A stretch of DNA of 64,000 nt, taken from the human T2T-CHM13v2.0 reference genome, Homo sapiens. Positions 59,492-64,000 of the stretch are shown here, piece by piece. The stretch lies in the NCBI RefSeq assembly GCF_009914755.1, contig NC_060940.1, one strand, 5' to 3'. The position numbers were made by a program, and so were the translations under genes. Under the pieces are notes generated by a model, which was not told the DNA's origin, searched no databases, and saw only the letters and a list, made by a program, of their open reading frames with translations. Numbering within the stretch: the stretch's first letter is position 1; each line of letters starts with the position of its first letter.

Positions 59492-60811
59492 CTGCAGAGG
59501 GAAGAGGGCACGTCAGCTCACCACATCCCTGTAAGACTGGGATTCGAACTTTGCTGAGGCAGCCACAAGCTATGTGTCATTCTTGGTTTCCAAATTACAC
59601 CACCTAGGCCCTATCTAGCTCAAGAATTTTTCCTATGATGACTACAAGAGAAGCCCATCTTCTCTGTCATGTCCACAGCTCCTGCCGCAGCCATTATCAC
59701 CTCCTCCCGTTCCTCCTTCACAGTCACCAGCAGCCTTGAACTCAGGCACTTCTCAGCTTAGAGTCTGCAGTGGCTCCCTATCAGCTATTAAATCACACTC
59801 CCTGGCATGTCATCCAGGTCCTAGAATTCTTCACCTCACTAATTGTTCCAGCAGAGCCAAGATCTCCCCGAGCCCCCGACTCTTCTGTGCCTTAACACTC
59901 AGGCCAGTCTCTCCTACTGCTTTCCCTTCAGCATGCCTATCAAATACTTGGTTCAATTACCACTGTTGCTTTCAAATTAGCAAAGGAGAAAAACGTGTTA
60001 CAGATGGGACCTAATGCTGGTAAGACTAAGATAAAAACAGCACACCAAAAAGTCAAGGCAGGCAGAATTACTTCGGGAAAAAAATTACTATGATTTCCCA
60101 AAGTCACAAAATATTCCTAACCTTTAACCCTTACTCTAAGATTACCTATAACCTATAATACTTACTCTAAGAAGATTACCTAAAAGGGTAAAGCTACATT
60201 CATGAATGTGTGCATTTCAGAATTCTTTATAATAATTTTTTATTTTTTAAGGGAGGCAGCCTAGAAGTCCAGCAATGGCTAGGAAAATAATGAAACATAT
60301 TCCTGATGGGATAGGACTATTTTCAAAGTTATAATTATAAATACAACATAAATTTATGGAAAGCAACACATTGTTATTAAAACAATACACTGTTTAAAAA
60401 TGTATAAAATGTTATGTATGACTAAAACTACAAAAAAATTCAAAGAATAAACACATATATGCTCTAGTAATATAGCAGACTTGGAGGATAACATAATAGA
60501 ATCTGTCCAGTTTTAACATGGATATAACCTTTGACTCAGTAATTCCACTTCCAGGAATCTATCCTTCAGGCCCACTAGCATATGTAAGATGGACATAAAA
60601 GGAACTCATTTCTAGCAATAGGAAAATTATTATACATCCTCACAAAAAAAAAAAAAAAAAACCACTGGACATTTTGACAATCTGAAGTTGCTGTACATAT
60701 GTAAAGGAAAATGAAGGCATACTGTTAGGCAAAAGCAGCTATATCTCCAGCTATCTACAAACTTAGTTATTACTTATTACATAAAAAGAGAAAAAAGTCT
60801 GGAAGGATATA

Positions 60812-63434
60812 CAGGCATACCTCAGAGATACTGCAGGTTCAGCTCCAGACCACCACAATAAAGCAAATTATGCAATAACGCAAGGCACACTAATTTTTTT
60901 GTTTCCCAATGCATATGTTTTGTTTACACTATAGTCTATAAAGTGTGCAATAAGCATTATGTCTAAGAAAACAATGTACATATCTTAGTTAAAAAGTAGT
61001 TTATTGCTAAAAATGCTAACAATCATCTGAGCCTTCAGAGCGGTAATCTTTTTGCTGGTGAAGGGTCTTCCTTGAAAGTGACTGCTGCTGACTGAACAGG
61101 GTGGTGGTTGCTCAAAGTTGGGGTGGCTGTGGCAATTACTTAAAATAAGACAACAATGAAGTTTGCTGCATCGATTGACTTCCTTTCATGAAATATTTCT
61201 CTGGAGCATGCGGTGCCGTTTCATAGCATTTTGCCCACAGTAGAACTTCTTTCAAAGTTGGAGTCAGTCCTCTCAAACCCTGCTGCTGCTTCATCAACTG
61301 AGTTTATGTGTTATTCTAATCCTCTGTTATTTCAACAACGTTCACAGCATCTTCACCAGTTGATTCCATCTCAAAAACCCACTTTCTTTGGTCATTTACA
61401 AGAAGCAAGTCCCCATCTGTTCAAGCTTGATCCTGAGATTGCAGCAATTCCATCCCATCTTCAGACTCCGCCTCTAGTTCTCCTGTTATTTCCACATCTG
61501 CAGTTACTTTCTTTACTGAAGTCCTGAACCCCTTAAAGTCATCTATGAGGCTGGGAACCAACTTCTTCCAAACTCCCATTAATGCTGATATTTTGATCTG
61601 CTTCCATGAATCATGAATGTCTTTAATGGCATCTAGAATGGTGAATCCTTCCCAGAAGGTTTTCAGTTTATTTGCCCAGATCCACTGGAGGAACCACCAT
61701 CTATGGCAGCTATAGTCTTATGAAACGTATTTCTGAAACAATAAGACTTGAAAGCCAAAATTACCCCTTGACCCATGGGCTACAGAACTACAGAATGGAT
61801 GTTGTGTGAGCAGCCATGGAAACTATGGAAACTAATATCTTTGAACATCTCCATCTGAGTCCTTAGGTAACCAGGTGCATTGCCAATCAGCAGATTTTGA
61901 AAGGAATCTTTTTTTCTGAGCAGGTCTCCATAATGAGCTTAAAATATTCAGTAAACCATGATGTAAACAGATGTGCTGTCATTCAGGCTTTGTTGTTCCA
62001 TTTATAGAGACAGGCAAAGTAGATTCAGCATAATTCCTAAGGGCCCTAGGATTTTCAGAATGATACATGAGCACTGGCTTCAACCTGAAGTCTCCAGTTG
62101 CAGTTGCCCCCTGACAAGAGAGTTGGCCTGTCCTCTGAAGCCAGGCACTGACTCCTCCTCTCTGGCTATCCAAGTCCCAGATGGCACCTTCTTCCAGTAT
62201 AAAGCTGTCTCATCTACACAGAAAATCTGTTGTTTAGTATGGCCACCTTCAGCAGTGATCTAGAACTTCTGGAGAACTTGCTGCAGCTTCTCCATCAGCA
62301 CTTGCTGCTTCATCCTGGAGATGGCTTCTTTCCTTAAACCTCATGAACCAACCTGTGTTAGCTTCCAACTCTTCTTCTGTAGCTTCCTCACCTCTCTCAG
62401 CCTTCACAGAATTGAAGGGCCTGATCTGGATTTGGCTTTGGCTTAAGGGAATGTTGTGGCTAGCTTGGTCTATCCAAACCACTGAAACCTTCCTCATATC
62501 AACAACAAGGCTGTTGTACTTTCTCATCACTCATGTGTTCACTGAAGCAGAAATTTTAATCTCCTCCAAGAACTTTTCCTTTGCATTCACAACTTGGCTG
62601 TTTGGCTCAAGAGCCTTTGGCCAGGCCGGGCGCGGTGGCTCACGCCCGTAATCCCAGCACTTTGGGAGGCCAAGGCGGGCAGATCATGAGGTCAGGAGAT
62701 CAAGACCATCCTGGCTAACATGGTGAAACCCCGTCTCTACAAAAAATACAAAAAAATTAGCCAGGCAAGGCGGCAGGCGCCAGTAGTCCCAGCTACTCAA
62801 GAGGCTGAGGCAGGAGAATGGCGTGAACCCGGGAGACGGAGCTTGCAGTGAGCCAAGATCACGCCACTGCACTCCAGCCCGGGCGACAGAGCGAGACTCC
62901 ATCTCAACAACAACAAAAACGACAAAAAAAAAAAAAAAAGAGCCTTTGGCCTATCCTGGCTTTTGACACGCCTTCCTCACTAAGCTTAATCATTTCTAGA
63001 TTTTTATTTAAAGTAAGAGACATGTGACTCTTCCTTTCACTCGAACACGTAAAGGTCATTGTAGGGTTATTAAATGGCTCAGGGAATAGGGAGGCCTAAA
63101 GACAGGAAGATGGGGAAGCCTCCAATCAGTGGAGCAGTCAGAACACACACATTTATCAATCAAGTTTGCAGTCTTTGGTTTGTGGCACTCCAAAATAATT
63201 ACAATAGTAACATTAAAGATCACTGATCACAAATCGCTGTAAGATATAGTAACAAAAAAGTCTGAAATATTCTAACAATTACCAAAATGTAACACATGGA
63301 AGCACCAAATACTGTCAAAAAAATGGTGCTGACAGATTTGCTTGATGCAGGGTTGCCATAAGCCTTCAACTTGTAAAAAACACAGTCTCTGTGAAGCGCA
63401 ATAAAGGGAAGTGCAATAAAATGAGGTGTGCCTG
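60812..63434 (-). mobile_element. Near full-length Tigger1 DNA transposon (decayed transposase)
   Basis: TIRs CAGGCATACCTC at 60812 (after TA) and GAGGTGTGCCTG ending at 63434; minus-strand peptide ...[18 protein letters not shown]...[33 protein letters not shown] matches the Tigger1/TIGD1 CENP-B-like HTH. Confidence 0.93.
62624..62937 (+). mobile_element. AluY nested in Tigger1
   Basis: AluY diagnostics (ACCATCCTGGCTAAC, GAGAATGGCGTGAACCCGGG, GAGCTTGCAGTGAG); perfect 14-bp TSD AAGAGCCTTTGGCC at 62609-62622 and 62938-62951. Confidence 0.95.
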
Positions 63435-63761
63435 CACAACCACTGCCCAACTGTGCTTACCGCGCGAAGGAAAATGTTTCAGAGGTATCACAACTTTTTA
63501 GTCTGGAAATCTGAATGATATTTTACTTTTTCACAGTGAGCATGTATTCATGTGGAACTCAGATAACTAAAAAAGTAAAGTTGTATCTGAATGCATGTAG
63601 GCTACAACTAAAAAGGAACATGAAATAAAACAGATGTATAACAGCAGAAAGATTTATGGGTCTAACTCTGTGTCATATTTAGATTTTCTAGTAAATGGGT
63701 ATAGGAACAGAAGGAGAGACAGAGAGTTAGATAAAAGGTGTAGGCTTTGCTGTTTCGAGAC

Positions 63762-63906
63762 CTTGGTGCTGATTAGAGGTGTGATTGCATCCATGGTAGT
63801 AGAGATGAGTGTCACGAACTGCTGCGTGTTCTGCCGGTGAACTTCACTGCAATACTGTGCTAACCAGTGAGAGTAAGCCTGCAGCGCAGCCAGGGACTGA
63901 GCATGC
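63762..63906 (-). CDS. XPO6: XPO6 exon (10th from last; exon 15 if the gene has 24 exons)
   Basis: Pyrimidine tract plus CAG acceptor at 63907-63909. Reads (V)HAQSLAALQAYSHWLAQYCSEVHRQNTQQFVTLISTTMDAITPLISTK, 145 nt. Donor AAG|GTCTCG is weak but in phase with the next exon. Confidence 0.9.
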
Positions 63907-64000
63907 CTGCAGAAAGAAAAGAAGATGTGATTTTAAAGGTTAAGGTGAAAATATATTAGCGTTCAACTCATTTTCATAGGAGGTAAGAATTGCATCCACT

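Noticed and set aside
63939-63945. CCTTAAC resembling a U12 branch site before exon 15
   Set aside because: It is ~33 nt from the AG with a strong pyrimidine tract, which fits a U2 branch point; the intron's 5' end is outside the window.

Overview
Human genomic DNA, recognisable from its coding sequences as the GSG1L-XPO6 region (16p12.1 from recollection). Two tandem minus-strand genes are present. (1) The CpG-island promoter and first coding exon of GSG1L, a claudin-family AMPA-receptor auxiliary subunit (CDS 9885->9537), with intron 1 running off the left edge. (2) The last ten exons of XPO6 (exportin-6), 63906->44979, which splice into one uninterrupted reading frame with GT-AG boundaries, followed by a ~550-nt 3'UTR and an AATAAA at 44441-44446. 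The ~34 kb between the genes is dense in Alus (about 40 copies or fragments in the window). It also holds a THE1 solo LTR, MER21 and MLT1 LTRs, Tigger4a/MER58/Charlie DNA-transposon fossils and a 1.25-kb C/A-only low-complexity tract. A near full-length Tigger1 lies in an XPO6 intron. Almost all ORFs in the supplied track are repeat-derived or chance ORFs. I found no convincing new multi-gene system. The most notable oddities are a ~30-bp copy of the XPO6 3'UTR inserted into an Alu 2 kb away, a strong-Kozak uORF upstream of GSG1L, inverted Alus around two phase-0 XPO6 exons (possible stop-less circRNA), a very weak XPO6 splice donor, and several candidate regulatory elements. Repeat subfamily names are by eye and their boundaries are approximate.
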